Source: an uncultured Parcubacteria group bacterium (lineage in GTDB: Bacteria > Patescibacteriota > Minisyncoccia > UBA6257 > 2-01-FULL-56-20). Taken from it: 59,659 bases of DNA. Where the stretch lies: positions 1 to 59,659 of the forward strand of contig CAIWCR010000010.1 of the NCBI GenBank assembly GCA_903911245.1, in the 5' to 3' direction. Position 1 is the stretch's first letter, and every line of letters begins with the position of its first letter. A program made the translations under genes and the position numbers. The notes beneath the pieces were generated by a model. The model was not told where the DNA came from, did not search any database, and saw only the letters and a program-made list of their open reading frames with translations. Shown in pieces: positions 29,658 through 40,173 of this stretch.

Positions 29658-31148
29658 ATGTCTAATACCAAAAAGTACGTGCTCTTGTTTTGTATTCTTA
29701 TTATAGCAACCTTTTTCAGATTCTACCATTTAACAACGATACCACCAGGACTTTATCCCGACGAAGCGATGAATGGTAACAACGCTTCAGAAGTTATTCA
29801 AACAGGGCAATTCAAAGTTTTCTATCCGGAAAACAATGGCCGCGAAGGTCTTTTTATCGGAATTCAAGCACTTGTTCTAAAAACGATCGGACTGCATGAA
29901 GCATGGGTACTCCGTCTGCCGTCAGCAGTTGTCGGAACTATCACGGTTCTTGGAATTTACTTTCTCGCCGCAGAACTTTTCGGAACCGAAATAGGACTTC
30001 TTGCGGCGTTTTTCATCGCAACAAGTTTTTGGCATATTAATTTTTCACGTATCGGTTTCCGCGCGATTATGGCGCCGTTCCTTTTGGTGTGGGGGGTTTA
30101 TTTTTTCATGAGAGCGCTCCGCGCGATTTCTTCCATGCGAGGAATGATATATGCAACGCTTGCAGGAATCATCTACGCACTCGGATTTTATACTTATATC
30201 TCCTATCGCGTCACGCCACTCCTTTTCCTACTCTTTCTTCCATTTTTTCAAAAGCATCCTGAATTCTGGAAGCGAACGATAATATTTATTTCGGTAACAT
30301 TCCTCGTCTGCCTTCCTATTGGATTATATTTCCTGGGACATCCTGGCGATTTCTTCGGAAGGACTTCTCAAATTTCGGTTTCGAGTTCGCAAAGTCCATT
30401 ACAAGATCTTGCATTGAATATCGCAAAAACAGCGCTCATGTTTAATGTCTCCGGTGATTATAATTGGCGGCAGAATATAAGCGGAGCTCCCGAACTTTTC
30501 TGGCCAGTAGGAATTCTTTTCCTTTTAGGAATTGTGATTGGGGTCCGCCAACTCTGGAAACAGTTTCGTGCAAAAGAAATCGTAAGCGGAGAAAACAATA
30601 TGTTTCCGAACTTTTCATTGCTTTTCATCTTTGTAATGTTTCTTCTTGCCGGACTTCCTGCGGTTATTTCAAACGAGGGCATTCCCCATGCTCTTCGCTC
30701 TATTATAATGATCCCCCCGGTCATGATGCTTGCAGCAATCGGTACACTATGGCTTTATCGATGGCTTATGGCAATGCCCCGCTATCAAAATTTCACGAAA
30801 ATTCTTTCATTGATTCTCCTTGCGTATATTGCCATTATCGGCGGCTATGCCAGCTACTTTATAACATGGGCACAGAATCCGAATGTACCTGAAGCATTCG
30901 CCGCAAACTATGTCGATATCGGAAATCAAATCAATGCACTACCAACCAATATTCCTAAATATGTCGTTGTAAATGCTGGCGGCGTTATGGCACGTGGACT
31001 TCCTATCCCAACAGAAACCGTCATCTTCATAACCGACTCATTCCTTCCCGATCAGGCTACCGCAAAAAATATTCATTATCTCCTTCCAAACGAAATCAGC
31101 GCGATTCCGGCTGGAACGTCGAGTAGTACAATCTTTTATATAAACTGA
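29658..31148 (+). CDS. ArnT/PMT-like (GT39/GT83) membrane glycosyltransferase
   Basis: PPGLYPDEA, RLPSAVVG and WHINFSR motifs; many TMs. Confidence 0.85.
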   Translation: MSNTKKYVLLFCILIIATFFRFYHLTTIPPGLYPDEAMNGNNASEVIQTGQFKVFYPENNGREGLFIGIQALVLKTIGLHEAWVLRLPSAVVGTITVLGIYFLAAELFGTEIGLLAAFFIATSFWHINFSRIGFRAIMAPFLLVWGVYFFMRALRAISSMRGMIYATLAGIIYALGFYTYISYRVTPLLFLLFLPFFQKHPEFWKRTIIFISVTFLVCLPIGLYFLGHPGDFFGRTSQISVSSSQSPLQDLALNIAKTALMFNVSGDYNWRQNISGAPELFWPVGILFLLGIVIGVRQLWKQFRAKEIVSGENNMFPNFSLLFIFVMFLLAGLPAVISNEGIPHALRSIIMIPPVMMLAAIGTLWLYRWLMAMPRYQNFTKILSLILLAYIAIIGGYASYFITWAQNPNVPEAFAANYVDIGNQINALPTNIPKYVVVNAGGVMARGLPIPTETVIFITDSFLPDQATAKNIHYLLPNEISAIPAGTSSSTIFYIN

Positions 31149-31173
31149 CATGAGACACTGCGTCATTAATAGT

Positions 31174-31212
31174 AAATAAAAAGAGCAATACAAAATATTG
31201 TTCTTTTTATTT
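31174..31212. terminator. Bidirectional terminator between convergent genes
   Basis: AAATAAAAAGAGCAATA-caaaa-TATTGTTCTTTTTATTT inverted repeat. Confidence 0.6.
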
Positions 31213-31246
31213 TGTTTCTTCTATTGTCGAACGAAACGATTGGATA

Positions 31247-31783
31247 CTATTCTATGCAACAATCCACAGCTTTCTTTACTAATTCGCCAAGTTTTCCCAT
31301 GAATCCTTTTTTCTCCGTATCATGCACATTCATCGCGTTGTCATCTATTTTTTTGATTCCTTCCGCAGAAACGAGCTTCATATTCAATCCCCAAAACAGC
31401 GAATAAAGGCTGTATGCTTTATCGAATAATTGGTAAGCCTTTTCCTTTTTTCCCATATCAAGCTGTTTTGTACCAACTTCCATAAGACGATAGCTCGCCG
31501 CAAGAAGATGTTTTGATATACACCACACCTCGCCTTCATATTCTTTTATGATTTCTTTGAGAAGCTCTTTTCGCATTTCGCGGACAGTCGTAATGAGATT
31601 ATAATATTCCGTTTTTCCGGTTTTTGCACCAGAGAAAAAAAGATGTTCTTCAATCCCAACAAGATTCATAATCGCAAGCGTCAAATCTTGATCAGATGAT
31701 AAATCCATCTTATCTTTCTTTTTCATCTGGTCGAACTTTTCTATAAGTTCGTTTACGCTCTTGATTGATTGCTCTTTATCCAT
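31247..31783 (-). CDS. Hypothetical helical protein with C-terminal CC motif
   Basis: 178-aa ORF with EEH, WCISKH and a terminal DCCIE. Confidence 0.75.
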   Translation of the reverse strand: MDKEQSIKSVNELIEKFDQMKKKDKMDLSSDQDLTLAIMNLVGIEEHLFFSGAKTGKTEYYNLITTVREMRKELLKEIIKEYEGEVWCISKHLLAASYRLMEVGTKQLDMGKKEKAYQLFDKAYSLYSLFWGLNMKLVSAEGIKKIDDNAMNVHDTEKKGFMGKLGELVKKAVDCCIE

Positions 31784-31797
31784 GTCATTATAATCCC

Positions 31798-32307
31798 TTA
31801 CCTAATAATAATATAAAAAATAAGACTTAAAAGGAGGAGTGAAACAACGGGCACAACAATTTTTTCAAACGGAAAATGAGCATGGCCACCATTTCGCTTT
31901 TTGAGAAGCTCATACCATTCCGTCCCAGCCCAAAACCCAAGACTTCCGACCACTATCCCAATAGTTAGTTTATCAACCCAAGCCCCATAAACCGCATTCG
32001 CCGAATTAGCGAGAAATCCCATGAAATAGAGCGGAATAACCACCACCGCATAATATGTAAGCGTGGTAACAATTCCAACACCCTTGAAATAGAAATTCTT
32101 TTTGTTGAACCAATTCAAGGTCCACATAATCATCGAAGCGGTGAGTCCTCCGATCCAAATCCCCGTTATCGAATCATCAACGCCAAGCCATCTTGAAAGA
32201 CCGATGCCCGCAGCGACCGCGATAGTACAAAACGGACACACTGCCTTGGTGATAAAAGGACTAAATAATCCAAAAACTAAAAATGGTAATGATAAAATTT
32301 TCTTCAT
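31798..32307 (-). CDS. Membrane protein with N-terminal CxxC
   Basis: Start at MKKIL, immediately after the upstream stop; signal-like segment, then CPFC and about 4-5 TMs. Confidence 0.75.
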   Translation of the reverse strand: MKKILSLPFLVFGLFSPFITKAVCPFCTIAVAAGIGLSRWLGVDDSITGIWIGGLTASMIMWTLNWFNKKNFYFKGVGIVTTLTYYAVVVIPLYFMGFLANSANAVYGAWVDKLTIGIVVGSLGFWAGTEWYELLKKRNGGHAHFPFEKIVVPVVSLLLLSLIFYIIIR

Positions 32308-32308
32308 A

Positions 32309-32803
32309 TTATTGAATATTTGTTTTTTGTTTGAAAAAATTAATAACTGCTTCGTCTCCAATAACGCAATGTGAACCATCCCATAAAAACGGGACACCCA
32401 CTGAATCAGTGGCAACCCCACATGTTGTCGCTTTTTGAACTAATTCATTGGCATTCACGTCATCGCCAAAAACCTCTTTTTCCACAAATGAAACCTTGTT
32501 TTGAATATTATTATCTTTTATGAATTTTTCCACAAGAGCGCAATGCGAACAGCCATCACCATAGAAAAGAATGATTTTATCTTGGGCTTGGTTTTTTGCC
32601 GATGACGCGACAGAAGATGATGGCACGCCATTTTGAGAAATACTTGAAGATGAAATTTCAACGTCCGCGGAAAAAATCCCGGTCGGCGTTTGAATATTTT
32701 CTATTGCTTGTCGCGTTTTAGTTTTATCGGTAATAAGTAAAACAACCGAAAAACAAAATACCAAGAAAAATAGAATAGTTATGACAACGGTTTTTTTATT
32801 CAT
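32309..32803 (-). CDS. Exported glutaredoxin/thioredoxin-fold protein
   Basis: N-terminal TM, LFYGDGCSHC and cis-Pro loop GVPFL. Confidence 0.8.
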   Translation of the reverse strand: MNKKTVVITILFFLVFCFSVVLLITDKTKTRQAIENIQTPTGIFSADVEISSSSISQNGVPSSSVASSAKNQAQDKIILFYGDGCSHCALVEKFIKDNNIQNKVSFVEKEVFGDDVNANELVQKATTCGVATDSVGVPFLWDGSHCVIGDEAVINFFKQKTNIQ

Positions 32804-32882
32804 TGCAATATGAAAAGGTAATTAAAAAACAAAGGGAGACTTTTCCTTTTTTTAAAGAAGGGTTTTATAAAATCAAGGCTCC

Positions 32883-34232
32883 CTACTTCTTTCTTCTCCT
32901 CAAAAACGCAGGAATGTCCCAAGGATCGGTTTCGCTTTTTTCCTTCTCTTTCTCCTTATACTTATCCCTGTTCTTTTCATCTTTTGCCGGTTTTTCTTCT
33001 TTTGCAAAAAACGCTTCTGCCTTCATGGAGGCGGTCGATTGAGTCTCTTCGGCCATGCGAGGACGTTCCACTTCTTTTCGAACAACACGCGTATCATCAC
33101 GCGAAAACGTCTTTTTCTCGAAAATGCTTTCACTTTCTTGTGATACGCCATTTCCCAAAGATCCCGTCCGACCAAACATCGGCGGTCGCTCCCCTCCATA
33201 ATGAACTCCAAAAAGCGAATTCGGCTGGCTACTGCCATTAAAGCCGGTCGCGATAAGCGTTACTTTTACCTGATTTTGTTTCAAGTTTCTATCATAATAT
33301 GCTCCAAAAATAATACGCGCACCAGGATCGGCAGTCTGCGAAACAACTTTTGCGATATCATTCACTTCGTTCATTTTGAGATCACGACCACCGGAAATAC
33401 CAAGAAGGACTGCCTTTGCACCTTCCGGATTTGTTTCCAAAAGAGGCGAACGAAGCGCCATGTTAACAGCAGCAACAGCACGATCTGGTCCTGATGCAAT
33501 ACCAACGCCAACAATAGTAATACCGGCATCTTGTACGATATTTTTCACATCCGCAAAATCGACATTAATAATGCCAGGCTGCGCTACAATCTCCACAAGC
33601 CCATTCAGTGCATTGCGAAGCACTTCGTCAATTGCCTCGAATGCTTTCATTATTGGTGTATCTTTACTGATAATAGAAAAAATACGATCATTCGGAACAA
33701 CGATAAGCGCATCTACTTTATCTTTCAATTTCATAAGTCCTTCCTGAGCAATTCGTTCGCGCTGTGTTCCCTCAAAACTAAATGGCTTCGTGACGACGGC
33801 AATAGTAAGCGCGCCCGCCTGCTTTGCGACTTCTGCCAAAACTGGCATCACTCCAGTTCCTGTCCCACCACCAAGACCAGCCGTGAGAAAAACAAGATCA
33901 GTATCTTTTACAAGATCAATAAGTTCAGACTTATTTTCCTCCGCTGCCTGTCGTCCAAGATCGGGATTCATTCCCGTTCCAAGTCCACGCGTCAAATTTT
34001 TTCCGATATATAATTTTTTCTTTACATTACACTGATCAAGATCTTGATGATCGGTATTGATACCAATAAAATCAACACCACGAACAAAATCTTTTGCCAT
34101 GCGCGACACCGCATTGCATCCCCCGCCACCAACACCAATCACTTTCACGTTTGCGGAAAGCGGACGAAACTTTTCTTCTGTGTTCTTCTTATGAGTAGCC
34201 TTATGGATGATTTTCTTTTTCATTGTGTTCAT
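32883..34232 (-). CDS. ftsZ: Cell division protein FtsZ
   Basis: VIGVGGGGCNAV, GGGTGTG, INVDFADV and C-terminal DIPAFLR motifs. Confidence 0.98.
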   Translation of the reverse strand: MNTMKKKIIHKATHKKNTEEKFRPLSANVKVIGVGGGGCNAVSRMAKDFVRGVDFIGINTDHQDLDQCNVKKKLYIGKNLTRGLGTGMNPDLGRQAAEENKSELIDLVKDTDLVFLTAGLGGGTGTGVMPVLAEVAKQAGALTIAVVTKPFSFEGTQRERIAQEGLMKLKDKVDALIVVPNDRIFSIISKDTPIMKAFEAIDEVLRNALNGLVEIVAQPGIINVDFADVKNIVQDAGITIVGVGIASGPDRAVAAVNMALRSPLLETNPEGAKAVLLGISGGRDLKMNEVNDIAKVVSQTADPGARIIFGAYYDRNLKQNQVKVTLIATGFNGSSQPNSLFGVHYGGERPPMFGRTGSLGNGVSQESESIFEKKTFSRDDTRVVRKEVERPRMAEETQSTASMKAEAFFAKEEKPAKDEKNRDKYKEKEKEKSETDPWDIPAFLRRRKK

Positions 34233-34352
34233 TGTATCAAAATACTAGATTCGCGCAACATACAAAAAACCCTTGAGGAATATAGGATTTTGCCATTTTC
34301 CAAATTTCTTTCTTTCTGACTGCCCAAAAACAAGCGAATCACTGCTCTTTTT

Positions 34353-35612
34353 CTACGGTGTAAAATAACGGAGAAGCCTCTTTATCTCGTTCATTCCATT
34401 AAAACCAAACTGAGGCAATTCTGCTTGTGCCGATTTTTCTCCATAAATTCCCCATAACGCAAGACCAAATGCGCATACAAACTCTGGATCCTCAAGCGCC
34501 TCCTTAAGCTCCCCTCCTTCATTCTGCCATTCATCAGTCAAGCAACATCCTATCTGCGAAGACAACTTTACTTCTTGTCGCACTAAATCAACAAGTCCCG
34601 GCATTTTTGCACCACCACCAACAAGGACAACGCCTCCAGGTAAATTGCCATACTTCCCCGCGGTCCTTAATTCGTTGTTAACAAAATCAAAAATCTCTTC
34701 AAGTCGCGATTCTATAATTTCTGCAACAAAGCGAAGCGATACCGATCCCTTTGCTTCGGTCACAAACTTTTTCAATTCAATAGAGTCTTTTGCGCCAACT
34801 TCTTTCGCAAGTGCGCATCCGTAATGAAGCTTGATGCTTTCCGCAGCGTCCACTGGAATTTTCAAACCAACGGCGATGTCGCGAGAAACATGTTCTGCTC
34901 CAACTGGAAACTTTACCGCAAGCACAAGTTTATTTTCTTCATATACCGCAAGTCCCGTTGTCGCAAATCCGATATCAACAACTGCCGTTCCTAACTCTTT
35001 TTGCTTCCTACTCAATGCCGCACGCGCTGCAATAAGTGGAGAGAAAACAAGCCCGCCCACTTCGCCGCCGGCAAGCTCAACAGAATGGATTAATCCTTTT
35101 ACATGTGGCGAAAACGCATCAATGATAAGACTCTGCACTTCAAGACGACTTCCTGCAAGACCCATCGGATCAGCAATATCCCCCATCCCGTCCACCATAA
35201 ATTCTTTCGTGAGCGTGTGCACAATCATCCGATTCTGCGGCAGATTTACTGCTTGACTCGCACGCACCGCGCGATCAACATCCGCTTGATAAATTTGCGC
35301 ATCAGCACTTGAAACCGCAACAATGCCACGCGAAGATTGTGTCTTCGCTTCCGATGTTCCAATGCTTATAAAAATATTTTTAAGCGCCGACTTTGAAACT
35401 TTTTCTGCGCCAGTAAGCGTTCGTCGTATTGCCTGTGCCGCCTCTGGAAAATCAACAATTGCTCCTTTCCGCAAACCAGCCGATGGTTCTTTCGCAGCAT
35501 ACAAAAGCGTCGCACGCCCATTTTCTTTTCGGGCAACAACAATCTTTATCGAAGAGGTTCCGATATCAAGTCCTGTAATAATATCTCCATGAGCGTTGCC
35601 TTTGAACTTCAT
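34353..35612 (-). CDS. ftsA: Cell division protein FtsA
   Basis: GLDIGTSSIK, VVDIGFATT and VLVGGGAKMPG motifs; upstream of ftsZ. Confidence 0.96.
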   Translation of the reverse strand: MKFKGNAHGDIITGLDIGTSSIKIVVARKENGRATLLYAAKEPSAGLRKGAIVDFPEAAQAIRRTLTGAEKVSKSALKNIFISIGTSEAKTQSSRGIVAVSSADAQIYQADVDRAVRASQAVNLPQNRMIVHTLTKEFMVDGMGDIADPMGLAGSRLEVQSLIIDAFSPHVKGLIHSVELAGGEVGGLVFSPLIAARAALSRKQKELGTAVVDIGFATTGLAVYEENKLVLAVKFPVGAEHVSRDIAVGLKIPVDAAESIKLHYGCALAKEVGAKDSIELKKFVTEAKGSVSLRFVAEIIESRLEEIFDFVNNELRTAGKYGNLPGGVVLVGGGAKMPGLVDLVRQEVKLSSQIGCCLTDEWQNEGGELKEALEDPEFVCAFGLALWGIYGEKSAQAELPQFGFNGMNEIKRLLRYFTP

Positions 35613-35731
35613 GAATGAATTATATCAAATAAAAAAGATTTTGAAAGTGCAAAATTATTCTACTCTGTCACCTCTCAAAATTAGAAAACAAATAGCCATC
35701 CAAGATAGATAGCTATTGAGACAAAAGGACA

Positions 35732-36130
35732 TTAATTCTTTTTCCCCGAAGACAACTTATTAAGATTTTTCAAAACTTTTTTCTCAAGTCGTTCCATTTT
35801 TTCGGCAGAAACTTTTCTTCCATGAGAGTGGCCAAGAAGATGCAGAATACCATGCGTCAAGAGTGGCGCTATCCGCTCCGGCGACTTTTTTATGATATCT
35901 TCGTTTAAATAAATTTCACCGATGTATTTCTTTTTGGTTTCTGGATGCGGAAATGAATTCGGCTCCGGGAACGAAAGAATATTCGGTTCGGTTTTCTTTT
36001 TTATGAATTGTGCTTTCAGACGCGCGATGTCAGCGGTTTTGAGTAAAAAAATATCGAGGGTAGCCCCTCGAACACCAAGTATCGCTAATATCTTATCAGT
36101 AAGAAAAGAAAGACTATCTACGCCACACAT
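35732..36130 (-). CDS. ybeY: rRNA maturation RNase YbeY
   Basis: NILSFP, GEIYL and HGILHLLGHSH zinc motif. Confidence 0.9.
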   Translation of the reverse strand: MCGVDSLSFLTDKILAILGVRGATLDIFLLKTADIARLKAQFIKKKTEPNILSFPEPNSFPHPETKKKYIGEIYLNEDIIKKSPERIAPLLTHGILHLLGHSHGRKVSAEKMERLEKKVLKNLNKLSSGKKN

Positions 36131-36139
36131 AAAATAATA

Positions 36140-36589
36140 TTATTGAGCAATCTTCTCCTTTATAATTTCGCCAACAATTTTTCCGTCGGCGCGGCCCGCA
36201 AGCGCCTTCATGGATTCGCGCATAAGAGAGCTGAAATCAGTAAACCCCTTTGCAATAGTTTCATCTACCACTTTCGCTATTGCTTCGCGAGAAAGCTCCT
36301 CGGGAAGATATGTCTGAATAATCGCGAGACCGGCGCCTTCTTTTATGACAAGATCGTCGCGATTCCCCTGCTTGAATAATTCGATTGATTCCTTCCTTTT
36401 CTTTGCCTCTTTTTGAAGCACGGAAATTGTTTCCGTATCAACCAATACGGCACCAGCTTCTTTCATTTCTTTTTCTTTCTGGGCAGCATTAAGACTAGAA
36501 AGAATAAAACGCAATGTTTCGAGGCGATCTTTTTCGCCCGACTTCATTGCCGACTTCATGTCTTCCCTGATTTGTTCGTAGAGAGTCAT
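36140..36589 (-). CDS. GatB/YqeY domain protein
   Basis: MKSAMKSGEK..LR, KKRKESIELF and GRADGK motifs; follows rpsU; start taken at MTLYEQ. Confidence 0.9.
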   Translation of the reverse strand: MTLYEQIREDMKSAMKSGEKDRLETLRFILSSLNAAQKEKEMKEAGAVLVDTETISVLQKEAKKRKESIELFKQGNRDDLVIKEGAGLAIIQTYLPEELSREAIAKVVDETIAKGFTDFSSLMRESMKALAGRADGKIVGEIIKEKIAQ

Positions 36590-36643
36590 TTTACTATCAT
36601 CGCTCCCCGACACCCTGGCCGGCGCAAGCAGAATCCTTTTAAA

Positions 36644-36859
36644 TTATAAAATTCCAAGCTTCTTCTGTCGCTCAACTTCCTTCTTCTTCTCGTCGCGATG
36701 AATCGCGGTAAGCTTTCTCTTTGCGCGACTCGTAACACGCGTATAAAATTTCCTTCGGCGCATTTCGCGCAAAATACCGCTCCTCTTCACCCTTTTCGTA
36801 AAACTGAAAAGTAAGGAGTTTCCCGATTCGTTTTCCTTTTTTCGTACTTCAATAGCCAT
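36644..36859 (-). CDS. rpsU: 30S ribosomal protein S21
   Basis: MAIEVRKKENES...FTKRVKRSGILREMR; basic 71-aa protein in the rpsU-yqeY-ybeY context. Confidence 0.82.
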   Translation of the reverse strand: MAIEVRKKENESGNSLLFSFTKRVKRSGILREMRRRKFYTRVTSRAKRKLTAIHRDEKKKEVERQKKLGIL

Positions 36860-37012
36860 GGGAGAAAGTATACCGCAAAAAGGTTTTTTGTCCAGCGCAA
36901 TCTGCAATCTCCAAACATTGCCCCGAGACCAACGCTTCCGTCCCTCGTTTTTCTTTAAAAAATAAAAAGCTCCGCAAGCGCGAAGCCTTTTGTTTGCGGA
37001 GCTGGTGGTGTT

Positions 37013-37312
37013 TTAGGGGAAGATAATCATTCCTGTAAAGGTGATCGATGCAACGACAATTAGTCCCTGCATCAAGAAAATCGGCATGTACGTAAATTTC
37101 TTCGTCAATATTCTTTCTGTTAATAATGAAAGAATAAATACAACGAATGCCGTACATAAGCCAATGCTTACATAGCCTATTTTTACTGCTGGCAATGCAC
37201 TTAGTAGCGTAAGTAAGCAAATAATGACCATTCTATATTTTTTCACTATCCAAATCTCCTTCTCCCTAATGCCAAAATATTTTTTATTTGCGAAAGGGAA
37301 TATGGGTACCAT
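37013..37312 (-). CDS. Small hypothetical membrane protein
   Basis: 99-aa ORF with 3 hydrophobic segments, followed by a terminator-like hairpin at ~36965-37002. Confidence 0.45.
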   Translation of the reverse strand: MVPIFPFANKKYFGIREKEIWIVKKYRMVIICLLTLLSALPAVKIGYVSIGLCTAFVVFILSLLTERILTKKFTYMPIFLMQGLIVVASITFTGMIIFP

Positions 37313-37496
37313 TTCAAAAACACATTTTACAAAATCTGTTAGTTGTCTGTTTTTAAATGGATTCTACACTCAGTTACTCAAATGCCCATATTTCCTTTCA
37401 CAAACTACTTATGATGAACTTTCGATAATATAGCATGTTTATAATACTTTGTCAAGCGGCTGGCACTACTCAGAAACCATCAAAAATATCCCCCTC

Positions 37497-37642
37497 CGTC
37501 ATCCTGGTGACGACCAGGATCCGTGCACCTCGTCGAAGACTCCTGGCACTCCGATTTTGTAACGCGCTTCGCGCTAACAAAATCTAGTCGCTTCCAATCT
37601 TAAAAAAAGAAAGCGTGGATCCCGGCCTCCGCCGGGATGACA
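37497..37642. repeat. REP-like paired palindromic element (copy B)
   Basis: CGTCATCCTGG..CCAGGATCC and inverted GGATCCCGGC..GCCGGGATGACA flank nested hairpins. Confidence 0.75.
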
Positions 37643-37749
37643 AAATTGAGACAATTTTATCGAATGGGAAACACGAAATTTTAAGATAGAGATTAATCCT
37701 AGATAAATTGCGAAAACGTGATTTTCCAGAATAACCTACGAAGCGCAGG

Positions 37750-38775
37750 TCATTTCCAGCCCTGATTCAAAACTTTCATTCCAACCTGATCCTGAGGCAC
37801 CTGAATAATACCACCCGGAGTCTGTTGTGGAACGCTTACTTGCGTCTTACGATATTCAACGGCGATATCGAAAAAATTCGAAAGATCAGTACTTTCAATA
37901 TATGCCGCCTTGTAGTCATGTCGATTCTGCACCGCATTCGCGCCAAGCTCGTTTTCCGGATTCCATGTTTTTCCAAACTCAAGTTCTTTGTCATATTCCG
38001 CGTAAAGATCTTTCATTATCTTCGCAAGCGCCGCATCCGCATTCACCACCGTCGTAAGTCCCAGGTCCTCTCTCGCCTCTTTGCGACCGATAAAATATTG
38101 GTGAGAATATAATTTTTCTGTAAAATAATCGACAATAGAATCAATCTCCTCCTCTTTTAAAGAAGTCTTATGACTCTTCAATAAACGTTTCGCAAGCATC
38201 CTAATAAGATTATGAATACGATTCACATTACCAAGCGCCAACGGATGAATCTGCGGATTCGCATCGATAAGTTTCAAAAAAACATGTGAAAGTTCCTCAT
38301 CGTTTTTGATATTGAATTTGTTTTTTGCAAGATCGAAATATGCCATCACGTCTTCGACAGAAATCGGAATTCTGTTTTGTGGATTTGTTGGATCGGTCGG
38401 ATTGAAAATATTTGCGGTCGACGGATCAATCGGTGAAAGCTCAGAAAGATCACTCATCACGATTTCATCCGCACCGAGGGCAATCATCGTTGCCGCACTA
38501 TGTGCCTTATATGGCACGAGTACCGAAAACTTATCGCAGTACTCGCGAATCATCGAAACCAAACGCCATGGCACCATCGTGTCACCGCCCGTACTATATA
38601 AGAAGAAATCAATATTCTGCGTTTTTCCGATCGTCTGAAGCTGGTTGCTTATATAAGGAATAATATCCGGCGCAATACGCGCGCTAAACGGCCCTTGTCG
38701 ATCGCTTGTAAGGTATGTAATCACTCGCGAAGTCCTCGTTTTTTCGATTTGTTGAATGAGTTGTTTTTTATCCAT
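37750..38775 (-). CDS. SDH-family ClpP/crotonase-fold serine protease
   Basis: LYSTGGD, VPYKAHSAATMIALGADEI, LSPIDP and LYSH motifs. Confidence 0.85.
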   Translation of the reverse strand: MDKKQLIQQIEKTRTSRVITYLTSDRQGPFSARIAPDIIPYISNQLQTIGKTQNIDFFLYSTGGDTMVPWRLVSMIREYCDKFSVLVPYKAHSAATMIALGADEIVMSDLSELSPIDPSTANIFNPTDPTNPQNRIPISVEDVMAYFDLAKNKFNIKNDEELSHVFLKLIDANPQIHPLALGNVNRIHNLIRMLAKRLLKSHKTSLKEEEIDSIVDYFTEKLYSHQYFIGRKEAREDLGLTTVVNADAALAKIMKDLYAEYDKELEFGKTWNPENELGANAVQNRHDYKAAYIESTDLSNFFDIAVEYRKTQVSVPQQTPGGIIQVPQDQVGMKVLNQGWK

Positions 38776-38939
38776 AATCTATGTTTATCACAATTCTGAA
38801 AGATTTTAAAGCGGTGACGCTTATAGTGACCTCTCTCTTCGCTTGCCTATGGCGAGCCACGAAGGATTATTTTTTTATTTTACAAAATAAAAAAATAAAA
38901 GGGGCCGTCCGTCCTAAAAGGACAAACGGCCCAAATACT

Positions 38940-39338
38940 TTAATGTGGACAAAAGAAGGTCACTGATCCTAAGTTTGATTGAGCTCGATATATTTCTCCG
39001 GCTGTATACGCCATTTGATCACCATCCATACCAATGATCGAAGAAAGACTTTTACATTCCCGACTCAATTTGTCACCAGGAAGGTCACAATGGAGATAGC
39101 TCGATGATACAAACCGTTCGGGATGCGTAATACACATCGAAAGTGCCCCAACTGAATGCGCGCCAAATTCATTATAGCTAAAATCCAAACGCGTCTGTCG
39201 CACCGCATAACCCCGATACAACAAACCAAACTGGGCGCCGACAATAAGAATCTTGTTTCCGCCCTGCTTGATTGAAAGCTTTTCCAGTGCCTTCTCCGTT
39301 CGCGGATCAAGATGAAGACTGTCACACGTCTTACCCAA
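38940..39338 (-). CDS. Hypothetical protein (start uncertain)
   Basis: 132-aa ORF followed by a GC hairpin at ~38901-38933. Confidence 0.45.
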   Translation of the reverse strand: MGKTCDSLHLDPRTEKALEKLSIKQGGNKILIVGAQFGLLYRGYAVRQTRLDFSYNEFGAHSVGALSMCITHPERFVSSSYLHCDLPGDKLSRECKSLSSIIGMDGDQMAYTAGEIYRAQSNLGSVTFFCPH

Positions 39339-39396
39339 ACACTGTCTTGATTATGTGGTTTCCAACTTTTCATAATTTTGATAGAATAATACCATT

Positions 39397-40047
39397 ATGG
39401 ATCTTAAAAAAATACTTATCGTCTTTGCCAGCATCGCGGCGATTCTTGGTGTCGCAGCAATCTTCGTCGTTTTTTATAATCCGAACATCTCTGTAATTCC
39501 CGGCAACACCACATCGTCATCTCTTTTTTCAGTTATGAAAAATAATGTAAGTAGTACCATAAAAGGAATTGGCAATGCCTTTTCCGGAAATCAATCTTCA
39601 ACGACGGCCACGGAAAATCAATCAACTACCGCAGCCATCACGCAATTCTCAAATACCTATGCATGGCCCTATCCCCTACAATGGACCGAAGGAGAATCGA
39701 CGCTTGTGATTACCAGCGCCGCCATTCAAGAAAATAAACTTACGCTTGGAGTCGTAGTACATATCGGAAATACATCGGAATGCGTTCCGGCAAATATCGG
39801 TCTCGTAATCGATGAATCGGGCAATCTTGGAACTCCAACGCCATCGCAGTTTTCTTTCCCAGATACGAACAGCTGTAACGGAACTGCAAATATGACCTAT
39901 GATCCGCAAATCATTTCTTTTACACTGGATAATACCATTACTCCCCCGCTCCTTCTCACAACCGGTGGCGCATCAAATATTTTCTTTGAAATTGCAACAA
40001 CAACCAGTGGCGGCATAAATATTTCTCTGCCGGCAACAACCGACTAG
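39397..40047 (+). CDS. Membrane-anchored Ser/Thr-rich exported protein
   Basis: N-terminal TM, S/T-rich linker, beta-rich domain with a Cys pair. Confidence 0.75.
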   Translation: MDLKKILIVFASIAAILGVAAIFVVFYNPNISVIPGNTTSSSLFSVMKNNVSSTIKGIGNAFSGNQSSTTATENQSTTAAITQFSNTYAWPYPLQWTEGESTLVITSAAIQENKLTLGVVVHIGNTSECVPANIGLVIDESGNLGTPTPSQFSFPDTNSCNGTANMTYDPQIISFTLDNTITPPLLLTTGGASNIFFEIATTTSGGINISLPATTD

Positions 40048-40134
40048 ATTTTCTTAACGACTGGGATTTCTTAGTGAGGCACGAGCTTAGAAATCCGAAA
40101 TGCCCGTGGTGCGACGAAAGAGCTTAGAAAATCA

Positions 40135-40173
40135 GTCGTCCCGGCGGAGGCCGGGATCCATACTTCCAGTCTT
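40135..40173. repeat. REP-like palindromic element (copy C)
   Basis: GTCGTCCCGGCGGAGGCCGGGATCCATACTTCCAGTCTT is nearly the reverse complement of 57537-57575. Confidence 0.75.

Noticed and set aside
38940..39373. Possible frameshifted gene (ATG at 39373 versus ORF from 39338)
   Set aside because: No homology evidence available to decide; no clear slippery site.
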